Source: Chiloscyllium plagiosum
Taxonomy: Eukaryota
Length of the DNA: 32,900 nucleotides
Direction of reading: 5' to 3'
NCBI RefSeq assembly: GCF_004010195.1
Contig: NC_057751.1
Coordinates: forward strand, 8,152,137 to 8,185,036
The notes under the pieces are model-generated. The model was not told the DNA's origin. It saw nothing but the letters and a program-made list of their open reading frames with translations, and ran no database searches. How positions within the stretch are numbered: the stretch's first letter is position 1; each line of letters starts with the position of its first letter. Made by a program: the position numbers and the translations under genes. Positions 12,296-21,930 of this stretch are shown piece by piece.

Positions 12296-12330
12296 CACCT
12301 AATGAAGGAGCAGCGCTCCGAAAGCTAGTG
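12296..12330 (+). ncRNA. Minimal hammerhead motif, G5A-mutated (probably inactive)
   Basis: CAC CTAATGA A GGAGC AGC GCTCC GAAA GC TA GTG. Confidence 0.55.
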
Positions 12331-12474
12331 TGCTTCCAAATAAATCTGTTGGACTATAACCTGGTGTTGTGTGATTTTTTAACTTTGTACACCCCAGTTC
12401 AACACCGAACTCTTCAAATCATGTGTGGAATCTGAAATGGATATCAACTTTACAGCAGGCAAGGTTTTGTTTCA

Positions 12475-12786
12475 AGGTAAAAACAATGACTGCAGATGCT
12501 GGAAACCAGATTCTGGATCAGTGGTGCTGGAAGAGCACAGCAATTCAGGCAGCATCCGAGGACAGGCAAAATCGACGTTTCGGGCAAAAGCCCTTCATCA
12601 GGAATAAAGGCAGAGAGCCTGAAGCGTGGAGAGATAAGCTAGAGGAGGGTGGGGGTGGGGAATCTCAGGGAGTCTCTCTCCCACTGCAACTCCCAGGTCA
12701 TTTCCTCAGCCCTGAAGCTCTTCAACCATGTCCTGAAACAAACTCGACTCTATGCTACTCTCTCCCCACCCCGGATGCTGCCTGAA
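12475..12786 (-). mobile_element. Rearranged Penelope-like element (family A) with a 14-bp TSD
   Basis: Flanked by aaggttttgtttca at 12461-12474 and 12787-12800. Minus-strand terminal repeat 12475-12660, then a plus-strand piece reading NLRESLSHCNSQVISSALKLFNHVLKQTR. Confidence 0.85.
12568..12606 (-). ncRNA. Minimal hammerhead ribozyme motif, core intact
   Basis: Minus strand: TTATTC CTGATGA A GGGC TTTT GCCC GAAA C GTC GATT; predicted cut between 12574 and 12573. Confidence 0.75.
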
Positions 12787-13123
12787 AAGGTTTTGTTTCA
12801 GTCAATGGAGAAGCAGAGGGCTCTGCATTAGTATCTCACAGCACAGGAGGAGGCCATTCAGCCCATTGTGTTGAAGTGGGACCTCAAAAGCAGTAATCGC
12901 AGCAATTACTCCCTTTGCCTCGTGCTGGGCAGCATAAGAACAGAAGAATTAATCAACTGAATATGTGGCTGGGAGCTGGTGTAGGAAGGAGAGCACCTGA
13001 CTTCTGAGGGAACTGGGATAGATTCTGGGGCAAGTGGGAGGTGTACAAGCCCAACAGATTACATAGTGAAATTGATATGCTCACAGAGTGGTTGGCTCAT
13101 TTTGTTCGGGTAGGTTTGAACTA

Positions 13124-13259
13124 CCCCAACATTCCTGAAGAAGGGCTCATGCCCGAAACGTCGATTCTCCTGCTCCTTCGATGCTGCCTGACCTGCTGCG
13201 CTTTTCTAGCAACACATTTTCAGCTCTGATCTCCAGCATCTGCAGTCCTCACTTTCTCC
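13124..13259 (+). mobile_element. Short Penelope-like end (family A variant) with a 13-bp TSD
   Basis: Flanked by taggtttgaacta at 13111-13123 and 13260-13272. Confidence 0.88.
13131..13166 (+). ncRNA. Minimal hammerhead ribozyme motif, core intact
   Basis: CTGAAGA 13135-13141, extra A, GGGC-TCAT-GCCC, GAAA 13155-13158, C-GTC; predicted cut after 13162. Confidence 0.75.
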
Positions 13260-13519
13260 TAGGTTTGAACTAGTCTGTCAGGGGGACTGGGGACCTAATG
13301 GGTAACCCAAATTGGAAGGAAGTAAAGTTGGGAACTGGAAGTTGAAAAGATGCTCGGGACACTCGGCCACAGGAGAACCCAAACTGAGTACCGAGACTGC
13401 TTCCAAAGAAGGATGATATAAAAAAGGCAAAGTTTGGGGATCTCTATCTGAATGCACACAGCATTTGCAACAATGTACATGATCAAAAGGCACAAAGAGG
13501 GATACACAGGTACGATCAC

Positions 13520-13757
13520 ATTGTCATTTGTAATTTGGAACTTATAACTTTCTTCCTTATTTCGAACTTGAAACTGACAAGAACTGTAATGCTGAACTTC
13601 TGCCTTATTTATTTTTCTCCTCCTTACTTAAGATTTTGTACGTAGATACCTTGCACCTGAGATGGCACCGTAAATGGTGACATTGTACACTTTTCACTGC
13701 ATTCCTGTATCCCTGTACATGGGCACACACCACAATAAAGCCTAATGCTAATTCTAA
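13520..13757 (+). mobile_element. 3' end of another non-LTR element (Rex1/Babar-like tail) inserted in the CR1
   Basis: cacttttcactgcatt...gtacatg...acaataaagcctaatgctaattcta tail; interrupts the CR1 EN region between tacgatcaca and attacagaaaca. Confidence 0.5.
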
Positions 13758-14823
13758 TTACAGAAACAGGCACGAACATGAATGGTGTTGCGGGGCATGG
13801 TATTAACCAGGAGATGAGAAGCATGTCACATGGGGAATACAGTTATGGTGGGTGACTTCAATCTGCATATAGATCTGGTGAACCAACTGAGCACAAACAA
13901 CCTGGAAGTTAATTCCTGGAGTGCTTTAGAGATGGTTTAATGATGTAGCACATTGAGGAGCCAGTCAGAGGACATGTTATTTGACTATTATAACATTAAA
14001 AAGGACTCTGTAACAATTTGATTGCAAAACAACATTTATGGACGAGTGACCATAACATGATAGAATTTTACATGATGTTAGAAAGTGAAGATGTTTATTC
14101 TGAACCAAGGGTTTTAAACTCGAATGAGGGAAATTATGAAACCATGACACACAATTTGCCCGAGGTGGATTGGGAAAATAAATTGAAAGGCAACTGTACA
14201 AAAGCAAAGGCTAGTCTTTGAAGGACTTGTAGCACCAAAGCATTCTTTCAAGATCCAAGAGCTCAGAAACAGTCAGTCAACGCTGACTAACAAAGGATTG
14301 TCAGGATTGTATGTGATCAAGGATGAGGCCCATAAAGCTGCCAGAAATAACAGTCACACTGAGGATTGGGGACTATAGAATGTAATTAAGAGGGACCATG
14401 AAACTGATGAGGGGAGAATTGAATATGAATGCAACCTGGCCAACAACAAAGAAGCTGACAGTAAAAGTTTCTCTCGGTATGCAAAAAGGCAACGTGGAAC
14501 TAAAATGGATGTGGGTTCATTGCAGGCAGAGCCAGGAGAGGTTTTCAATATGGGTGAGTATTTCTAGCACTTACCTCCATCAAATTTCTTCCCAGCCTGA
14601 CCACTGGGAAGGGATGCACCCTCAGTCAAAATGGGACCAAGGGCACAGTGGAAATGGATAGACTTTGGGCTGCACAGCTGGGGGAGGAGGGGTTATCCTT
14701 TTTAAATAACAGGTGCTTGAGGAGAAAAGAAAGAAGGCAGGAGGGTAAATGTGATTTCAAGGGAAAGGTCCAAAGATAAAATAAAATACTCAGGAAACAG
14801 ATGCCACCCTGACATGTAACAGC

Positions 14824-15795
14824 AACTTGCAATTATTTAGCATGTTTAACATAATCAGATGTGCCACTGTATTTTGTGACAAAAGATAACCCCAAAGAAC
14901 ATGATTAGGTGTTAGGATGGGTGATCAAAGACTGAGTCAGAGATGTGACTTTTAAGGAACTTGTAGCGATAAGAGAAAGACAGAGATTGGGCATTCAGTG
15001 GCAAATAACTCACCTCCTTGTTGCTCAAAACCTGTCCACCTACAAGGCACAAGTCAGGGTGTCCAAGAATACTATCCATTTGCCTGAATGAGTGCAGGAA
15101 ACAATCAAGAAGCTAAAAATTGTCCAGGACAAAACGGTCCACCTGACTGACAACCCATCCATCAGTGCCAACAGTGTATACTGTCTACAAGAGGCACTGC
15201 AACAACGCAGTGGCACCTTTCAAACCCACAACCTCTACCATCTACAAGGACCAGGACAATGCTTTTTGTCCAGCTTATCAGACATCAAGGACCTGCAAAG
15301 GGCAACAGATAGACAAGGACATCACAGTCTATAAATTCCCATCCAAATGACAGACCAAACTGACTCAGAACTGCAATACCGTCCGTTAGACGTCGACGGA
15401 TAAAAATGCTGGAATACCCCTCTGAACAGCACTGTGGGTGTACCTATCCCTGCCTTGGGATGAAGTGGTTCAAGGAGGCAACTCATCACCACCTTCTCAA
15501 GGGAAACGAGAGATGGGCAATAAATGCTAACCAAGCCACTGCTGCTCACAACATGTGGAACAATTTGTTAAATGAGGAGGGAGACGTCGAGACACTGACA
15601 AGTTAGGACGGCAAAGGCTGAGGTATGGCTACCAATGGTGTAACATTTCAAATTAGGACTTCTGATGAGGCTATAATTGGAGGGTGCAGAATTCTCAAGA
15701 GTTGTGGGGCTGGATGATGAAGTGAGATAGGGAGGGGTTAAGCCATGGAGGAGTCCAAAAAATCAAGGACGGTAATTTTAAAATCAAGCTGTCAT
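14824..15795 (-). mobile_element. L2-type LINE 3' end, split into ~14824-14990 and ~15570-15795 by a younger insertion
   Basis: aacttgcaattatttagcatgtttaac...gggtgatcaaagac...ttttaagga, continuing accaatggtg...gagatagggaggggttaagccatggagga...aattttaaaatc. Confidence 0.6.
14995..15570 (+). mobile_element. 3' fragment of the second LINE family (as 3230-4325)
   Basis: actcacctcc...cctgtccacctacaaggcacaagtcagg...ggcaactcatcaccaccttctcaaggg...gatgggcaataaatgc. Confidence 0.85.
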
Positions 15796-15819
15796 GTAAA
15801 ATAATACAGTCCATAACTA

Positions 15820-16230
15820 AGCAAGGCTAACTATTCAAAAACATAGCATCATGGATAAAGAGATAAAAAGCAAATTGAAATTGAAGCAAGGGAGAAGCAT
15901 TAAATACATATGCACTGAAGGATGACAATATGAAATACAAAGAGCCTGGGAAAGAAGTCAAAACATTCAGAAAGCGAAGTGGAATTATGAAATGAAATAG
16001 CAAAGAATTGACACTGAAGTAATGCTATTCTGTAGACATATTGGTAATAAGAGGAAATTTTATCAGGGCACTAAAGAAGACACAAGATTAAAGTACAGGC
16101 AATGACAATGAGACGGCATGAGTATTGAATAATTACTGGGAAAAGATAAGATTCTGCGTTTGAATGGATTCCATCCTAATATACTCAAAGGAGCAGGGGA
16201 AGAAATAGTCAAGGCATCATCATTTATAAT
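15820..16230 (+). mobile_element. Highly degraded CR1 ORF2 internal fragment
   Basis: catcatggata...; gcatgagtattgaataattac; atggattccatcctaatatactcaaagga (GFHPNILKG, resembling DGIHPRILKE). Confidence 0.5.
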
Positions 16231-16654
16231 AGTTTAGTGAAGTCGTAAAACTTGTCACATGTCTGGGCAAGGAGAAACTTAAAGCAGCAAATGCATTCAG
16301 AAGTTTCGATTGAACCTTGGTTCACCCGACTCTCATATTATGAACATTTTATTGCTCTCTTTTTTTAAAAACACAAAAAAAGGGAAAACTAAGAGAACTG
16401 TTCCCCACAGTAACACTAGCAGTGTGGCCAGTCAGCTCAGAGTCAGTCCTCCACTGAGGAGATTCTAAATCTCCTGGTCATTTAAAAAAATTTATATTTT
16501 TCTTATTATGAACATTTTATTGGAAAGGGACAAGGTCATCTAGCCCATCAAACTTGACTCACCATTTAATAAGATTATGATAGGATCTCGTTGTTAATGT
16601 CAGGAGCAGTTAAGCAGGTGCTTGTAGTTAAATGATCAATTCATCGTCTGTATT

Positions 16655-16870
16655 CCATAGAACAATAGAATCCCTACCATGTGGAAGCAGGCCATTCAGC
16701 CTATCAAGTCCACACTGGCCCTCCAAAGAGCATCCCACCCAGATCCAACCCCCTAGCTATCCCTGTTACCCTGATTTCCCAGGGCAAATCCACCTAGCCA
16801 GCATATCCTTGACACTGTGGGTAATTTAGCATGGCCAATCCACTCAACCTATGCATCTTGGGACACAGGG
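16655..16870 (-). mobile_element. HE1-type SINE 3' part
   Basis: catagaacaatagaatccctacc...gcaggccattcagcc...taatttagcatggccaatccac. Confidence 0.85.
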
Positions 16871-17070
16871 GGAAATTAGCCCCCTCCCTCCCTCTCTCCT
16901 TATGATGATCTGCATTGCCCTGAATGGATTTTGCACATAAGTTGGAAAACATCAGCAATTTACTGGTGGTGGTTAACTGATGAAAAAAACAAAAACAGGG
17001 AATTTTCTGGTAAAGAAAAACGTTCAGTTCAGTGGAACAGCACTTCCGGATACAAAGAAAAGAACATAAG

Positions 17071-17185
17071 GGACTCTTTTGGTCTTGTGGTGGTGTTCCT
17101 ACCTTTGACCCAGGAGGCCTGGGTTCAAGTCCTATTTGCTCCAGAAAAAAACACATGCAAACAGATTGATTTGAAAATGTCTACA
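17071..17185 (+). mobile_element. Short tRNA-derived SINE
   Basis: tggtggtgttcctacctttgacccaggaggcctgggttcaagtcc (B box); homologous to 24435, 25225 and 27820. Confidence 0.7.
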
Positions 17186-17299
17186 AATGGGGAACAAGTC
17201 CAAATGGAGCCATGAGACTGAGTGGTTCATTAAACTGAATCACAAAGAATCTTGTGCTGGTTTCTGTCTCACCAATTGGCTTAAATCCATACTGACACT

Positions 17300-17785
17300 G
17301 CTAGGGGTTTCAGTTCCACTTTCCTGTCTATGCTCCTGAACCCTTTTCTCCCTGGTGTATCAAAAATTTGTCTCATTCAGTCAGCCCTGAAGAAATATCA
17401 AGATGCAACCTCCACTAACTCTTGAGAATTCCAAATGTGAACAACATGCAAAAAATTCCCCTCACCTTTTTCTTAAAAGGGAGACCTTGTCTTCTCAAAC
17501 TGGGTCTCTTAGTTTTAGTCTCAGTCACACCAGGGAATATCTTCCCTGGTATCAAGCTTAACCAGTCCTCTTGAAATCTTCTAAGTTACCGTAAGATCAT
17601 TTGCAATTTTTCTAAATTCCAATGGATCTTGCTCAAACCTTGACCTTTTGTGTTAGACAAGCACTTCATTCCAGGAATGAACCAAGTAAACCACCTATGA
17701 ACTGATTCTGAAACAATGATATAATTTATCATACAAGGTGACCAAAATGATACAAACTCCCAGATGCAGTCTCACCAATGCTCTA
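17300..17785 (-). mobile_element. Old CR1 fragment
   Basis: gagaattccaaa...aaattcccctcac...gaccaaaatgatacaaactcccagatgcagtctcaccaa. Confidence 0.65.
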
Positions 17786-17791
17786 AGTCAA

Positions 17792-18148
17792 AGAGTCACT
17801 GAGTCATAGAGATGTACAGCATGGAAACAGCCCTATAGCTCAAATCCTCCAACCCTGGCAACATCCTTGTAAATCTTTTCTGAACCCTTTCAAGTTTCAC
17901 AACATCTTTCCAATAGGAAGGAGACCAGAATTGCATGCAATATTCCAAGTGGCTTAACCAATGTCCTGTACAGCCGCAACATGACCTCCCAACTCCTGTA
18001 CTCAATACTCTGACCAATAAAGGAAAGCATACCAAACGTCTTTTTCACTATCCTATCCACTTGAGACTCCACTTTCAAGGAGGTATGAACCTGCACTCCA
18101 AGGTCTCTTTGTTCAGCAACACTCCCTAGGACCTTACCATTAAGTGTA
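17792..18148 (-). mobile_element. Young CR1 fragment with an internal deletion
   Basis: ORFs 17796-18035 and 17890-18096 give QVHTSLKVESQVDR, EYCMQFWSP and LERVQKRFTRMLPG; the tail joins the coding part directly at ~17830. Confidence 0.92.
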
Positions 18149-18329
18149 TCTACAGAAAAATGTTCCTCCTATAATGTTCCACTGCCCTTGAAAGAATTGG
18201 AAACATGAGGACAAATGTCTATTCCTTTCTTTACCTGTATGTGGTAGCCTCCATCCACTGTGATATGACACTTTGGCATGTTTGAATCCTCACGATACAG
18301 CTTTACCGCTTTGCTAATTATTTCTGTAA

Positions 18330-18557
18330 GAACATGACATTTCTTCCCAAGAATGGGCGAAACAATCCCTCAGTGCTACATTGACAAAGTCTCACAGCAA
18401 AATTCAGTGAAATGCTCAGGCAAATCTTAGGGTGTGCTGCTTTGCTCATGATGCTGTTCTGTCAAACAGAGGCTGACTCTGCCTTCTCAGGCATACGTAA
18501 ACTGTTCTATGACATTATTCCAAAGATGTTAGGGTACATCCCCCCAGTGTCCTTGGT
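18330..18557 (+). repeat. 228-bp direct repeat, copy 1 (copy 2 at 20148-20375)
   Basis: About 88-89% identity by manual alignment, including a 42-bp exact match ttcagtgaaatgctcaggcaaatcttagggtgtgctgctttg. Confidence 0.95.
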
Positions 18558-19879
18558 GATCAATTCTAATTATTTTTCAGAATAAAGTGAAAGTGAATTT
18601 TCTTGTCAGTGTATTGCACAATGGGAAAGCAGGACATTTGGTGTTAGTTGACTGTCTGCAAAATGAACCTGCATTCTTATAGGAACTACTATCACCTGAC
18701 GTGAACTGTATCCAACTGACGGAGCTCTTCATCAGGCTTCATCATGGTTAGTCCAAATATTTACACTGAGGAGCAGTCAAAACATCAATCAAACCAAGTT
18801 GGCATCTTCATCCCTTAGGTTTCCAATAGGTCTTCTTTCCATGCTCAACATGAAAACCACACAATGACCATACACACCATCGCAAAGTGAAACAAAGAAT
18901 ACAATAATCAATGTAACTAGATATTAAGTAATAGGTAATTAACATCTTTAACTGAGACTGAGCCTATCTTCTGCCCAATGTGTATTGTGAGTATTCTTTC
19001 CCAATAACGTACTCATATTCGGAAGAAGACGCTGGCAGCGAATCAACCCAAGATGTCCTCAATGATTTCAGCAAATTCAGCAGTAGTAATGGGCATTACG
19101 TATTTCGGTATCCCAAAGTGAAAATGTAGAAGTGTGCAGGTGAAACACCAGTTGTGTGTCACATCATCTCACCTCAGATATGTGCAATGGGACTCCCAAA
19201 CTGGTCTTCGCAGCTTGGGATTGCAAAGGGAGTTTTCCTGCCCCCAAAAGTTCACAGAAAATCACGCCAATTGATGGATAAAAGCAAGACGGAAAGATCA
19301 TCTTTCTGCATTGCCCAGACTCACACATGAAAGATGGGCGAATTATGTTGATAGGTTCACTAAAAGAGAAGTGGGTGGGGGTGGGAAGGGTGGTGGTGAG
19401 TGGGAGCGCTGAAAAACTAATGCGGTAAAACTAATTCTGACTCATGAGCAATGGAGAGGGAGATGAGAAACTGTCACTTTCCACACCTACAAAAAGTGGA
19501 AACATTTCTGTTCTCTGTGCAGCTTGATAGCACACAAGTGCATAAATGTTACTACAGCTGTCATGACTCTGATTCACTCACATTACAATGTCCAATTGCT
19601 TGGCACTACAAACCAATCTGGATAGTGAGAGCCTTGCCATAAGGAGGGGGGACAGCACAGATAAAGATAAATAGTAATTCTTCAGTGCATCCTAAATTAT
19701 TTTTCTGGATTTGTGCCACACTTTTGATCAACAGTCAAAGATGGAAAGGAAACTGCACAAATATTCAATACCATAGATAAGGTATTATAATGCATTGAAC
19801 ACTACTGTCAGTCTCTGGTGGCTGTTGGAAACATTTCTATGATGTAACCCCAAGCCTGATAAGCCAGACAGAGTCAAAG

Positions 19880-20200
19880 CATTTCATACTGTTACGTCAG
19901 GCCTATTCCAAACATCCCACTTGAGCCTAAAGTGTGGGGACTGTTATTATTTCAGCAAATAAACCTAAATTTTGTGCACAACAGGCTTCCAGCAATGCAA
20001 TGTGGAAAGCACATCATGCTGATTTGTTATTTATTTTGAGGTGGAGTGAATATTACTTGAGGGAGACATGCTGTAGCTACATTGGTATAACTACCTGCAC
20101 TTCTGTCACTGGGGTCTTCAATGCCCCCTTGAAATTAAACAAAGCCTGAACATGACATTTCTTCCCAAAGATGGCAAAACAATCTCTCAGTGCGACATCA
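19880..20200 (-). mobile_element. Old Deu-domain SINE, reverse orientation
   Basis: aagtgtggggactgttattat...aattttgtgcacaacaggcttcc...gcaatgtg...ggggtcttcaatgcccccttga resembles the reversed tail and Deu domain. Confidence 0.5.
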
Positions 20201-20375
20201 ACAATCCCTGACAGTACAGTTCAGTGAAATGCTCAGGCAAATCTTAGGGTGTGCTGCTTTGTTCATGATGCTGTTCTGTTAAACAGAGGCTGACTCTGCC
20301 TTCTCAGGCACGCGTAATCTGTTCTGTGACATTATTCCAAAGATGTTAGGGCACACCCCACCCAGTGTCCTTGGT
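20148..20375 (+). repeat. 228-bp direct repeat, copy 2
   Basis: Aligns to 18330-18557. Confidence 0.95.
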
Positions 20376-20535
20376 CAATAATGATCTTTCAGCCAATGTC
20401 ATCTACTGGGTTCCTATTTCTTGGGGTTTTCTGAATTTGGTTGCTGTGCTTTCTGCTTCCACTGCAGTTCAAGAAGCACTTCATTGGTCGTGGCATCCAG
20501 AAAGACATCAAGCAAATACACATTCTCTCTTGCTT
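20230..20535 (+). mobile_element. Old Deu-domain SINE (SacSINE1-like)
   Basis: ttaaacagaggctgactctgccttctcaggcacgcgtaa...cagtgtccttggtcaata...ttcaagaagcacttcattgg. Confidence 0.65.
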
Positions 20536-20599
20536 TCCATAATGCGCATGCCTTGGGCATTTTTTTCTTTAAATCTTCTCTTCTGACTCAGGGGTGAGA

Positions 20600-20806
20600 G
20601 CACTGGATGTAATTTTGCTCGCTGAGCTGGAAGGTTTGTTTTCAGACGTTTCGTCACCATACCAGGTAACATCATCAGTGAGCCTCTGGTGAAGCACTGG
20701 TGCTAGTGACCCGCTTTCTATTTATATGTTTAGGTTTCCTGGGGTCGGTGGTGTCATTTCCTGTGGCGATTAGTTATTTCCTGCTCTTTTCCTCAGAGGG
20801 TGGTAA
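20600..20806 (-). mobile_element. Penelope-like element end (family D)
   Basis: ttgctcgctgagctggaaggtttgttttcagacgtttcgtcacc...ggtaacatcatcagtg; carries a hammerhead motif. Confidence 0.75.
20642..20681 (-). ncRNA. Minimal hammerhead ribozyme motif, core intact, 6-bp stem II
   Basis: Minus strand: TCA CTGATGA T GTTACC TGGTAT GGTGAC GAAA C GTC TGA. Confidence 0.8.
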
Positions 20807-21189
20807 GAGACCGCTGTCCACTGAGCCAAGTTAAGGGTCACCTCAATTCCTTGTTGGTGCCAAGTCGTCAGATCTCAGGGCTCATTGGTCAAGGATCAAC
20901 AGTCAGCATTCCTGTTGATGGTCAGCAGCAACTGACCTGATGAGTCAAACACTGCCCTGCAACACCCAAAACTGGTCACCCACCACACCACCCTCACCAA
21001 CCCATACAGCTGGAAAACCAGAGCAACTGAACACTGGGTGGCGACCAAAACTGACCCAATCACAACTCCCTGGTGTAAGTCAATGCCCTGATTCAGAAGG
21101 TGGGCGCAGAGCCCTAGCGGAGGGGACCAGCAAACACACAAATCCCAACACACACGGGAAGAAGGAGGAACTGAAAAAGGAGAGTTGGG

Positions 21190-21930
21190 TAACACTGCGC
21201 ATGCACTCAGTTTCTCATTCCTCCCACACAACACAGCAGAGGCAATGAACTCTTTCTATCATTTTCTTTTTAATTTCCAAAACGCGCATTAAGAAATTCC
21301 CCGTGATTTCATGCCCCATTTGAAGCGACACCAAGTGACATTCGTGGAGACTCATTGTCACTGCCGCGTATGGCTCATCCTCTGCTGTGTGCGAGGAAAT
21401 GGTTTTTAACAAATCGGCGAGATTAATTGCTCGCCTGTGTTATGCGCTCGTCGTCTTCTTCCAAATGAACTCGTCATTTCTGCGGAAACGCTGTGGAGCA
21501 GGATCAATAAGTCGGGGGAAAATCAAGGTGAAAAGGAACCTCTCGAGTCCAACGCGAAGTTAAGAGCCGTGTAAATATTTTTAACCCCTAACACGCTGGC
21601 CACCCACCCCAGCTCCTGCGCCAGTATCATAATGCGACATCGGACACTGAATCCGACACCATGCCAGTCCGTTTTGTCACCGCTATGTATGACCAGAGAA
21701 AGATGGTTTCGCCGCCAGCATTAGCCCAGTTAACTGATTCAGATATCATTCATTTGCTGACCAGCTTCCCGTCAGTATGTCCATTTCAGCGACAGTGAGC
21801 TGAGTGGCGCACGGTGGGCGCTGAGTCTCGGCCACAGCCCACCAAAGTTGCAAACGGAGTTTTCACTTCAAGGCAAACACGAGCTGTCAAGAATCAACGC
21901 TCCCCCGGAGAAGCTGAAAATCGGGGAGAT
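21190..21930. promoter_or_regulatory. CpG-island-like, repeat-free block (candidate enhancer or promoter)
   Basis: About 40 CpG in ~750 bp by manual count, against sparse CpG in most of the window; NRF1-like tgcgcatgca at 21196-21205. Confidence 0.65.

Larger units (their letters stand above)
12202..12421 (+). mobile_element. Palindromic Penelope-like end (family B) with a 12-bp TSD
   Basis: Arms 12202-12290 and 12295-12385 are inverted repeats (loop acaa); flanked by tgtgtggaatct at 12190-12201 and 12422-12433. Confidence 0.85.
12940..14560 (+). mobile_element. Degraded 5'/middle part of a CR1 LINE (ORF1 esterase end and ORF2 endonuclease), interrupted by two insertions
   Basis: Remnants NWDRFWGKWEVYKPNRLH (ORF1 SGNH-like); YLNAHSI, VGDFNLHID and SDHNMIEF (APE endonuclease motifs). 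Confidence 0.8.

Noticed and set aside
18330..20375. LTR retroelement (direct repeats around 1.6 kb)
   Set aside because: No TG...CA termini, primer-binding site, TSD or gag/pol remnant; the repeats are SINE-derived
20936..20952. Additional hammerhead at cctgatgagtcaaac
   Set aside because: CTGATGA is not followed by a stem II and GAAA; equally consistent with an AP-1 site (tgagtca) or chance
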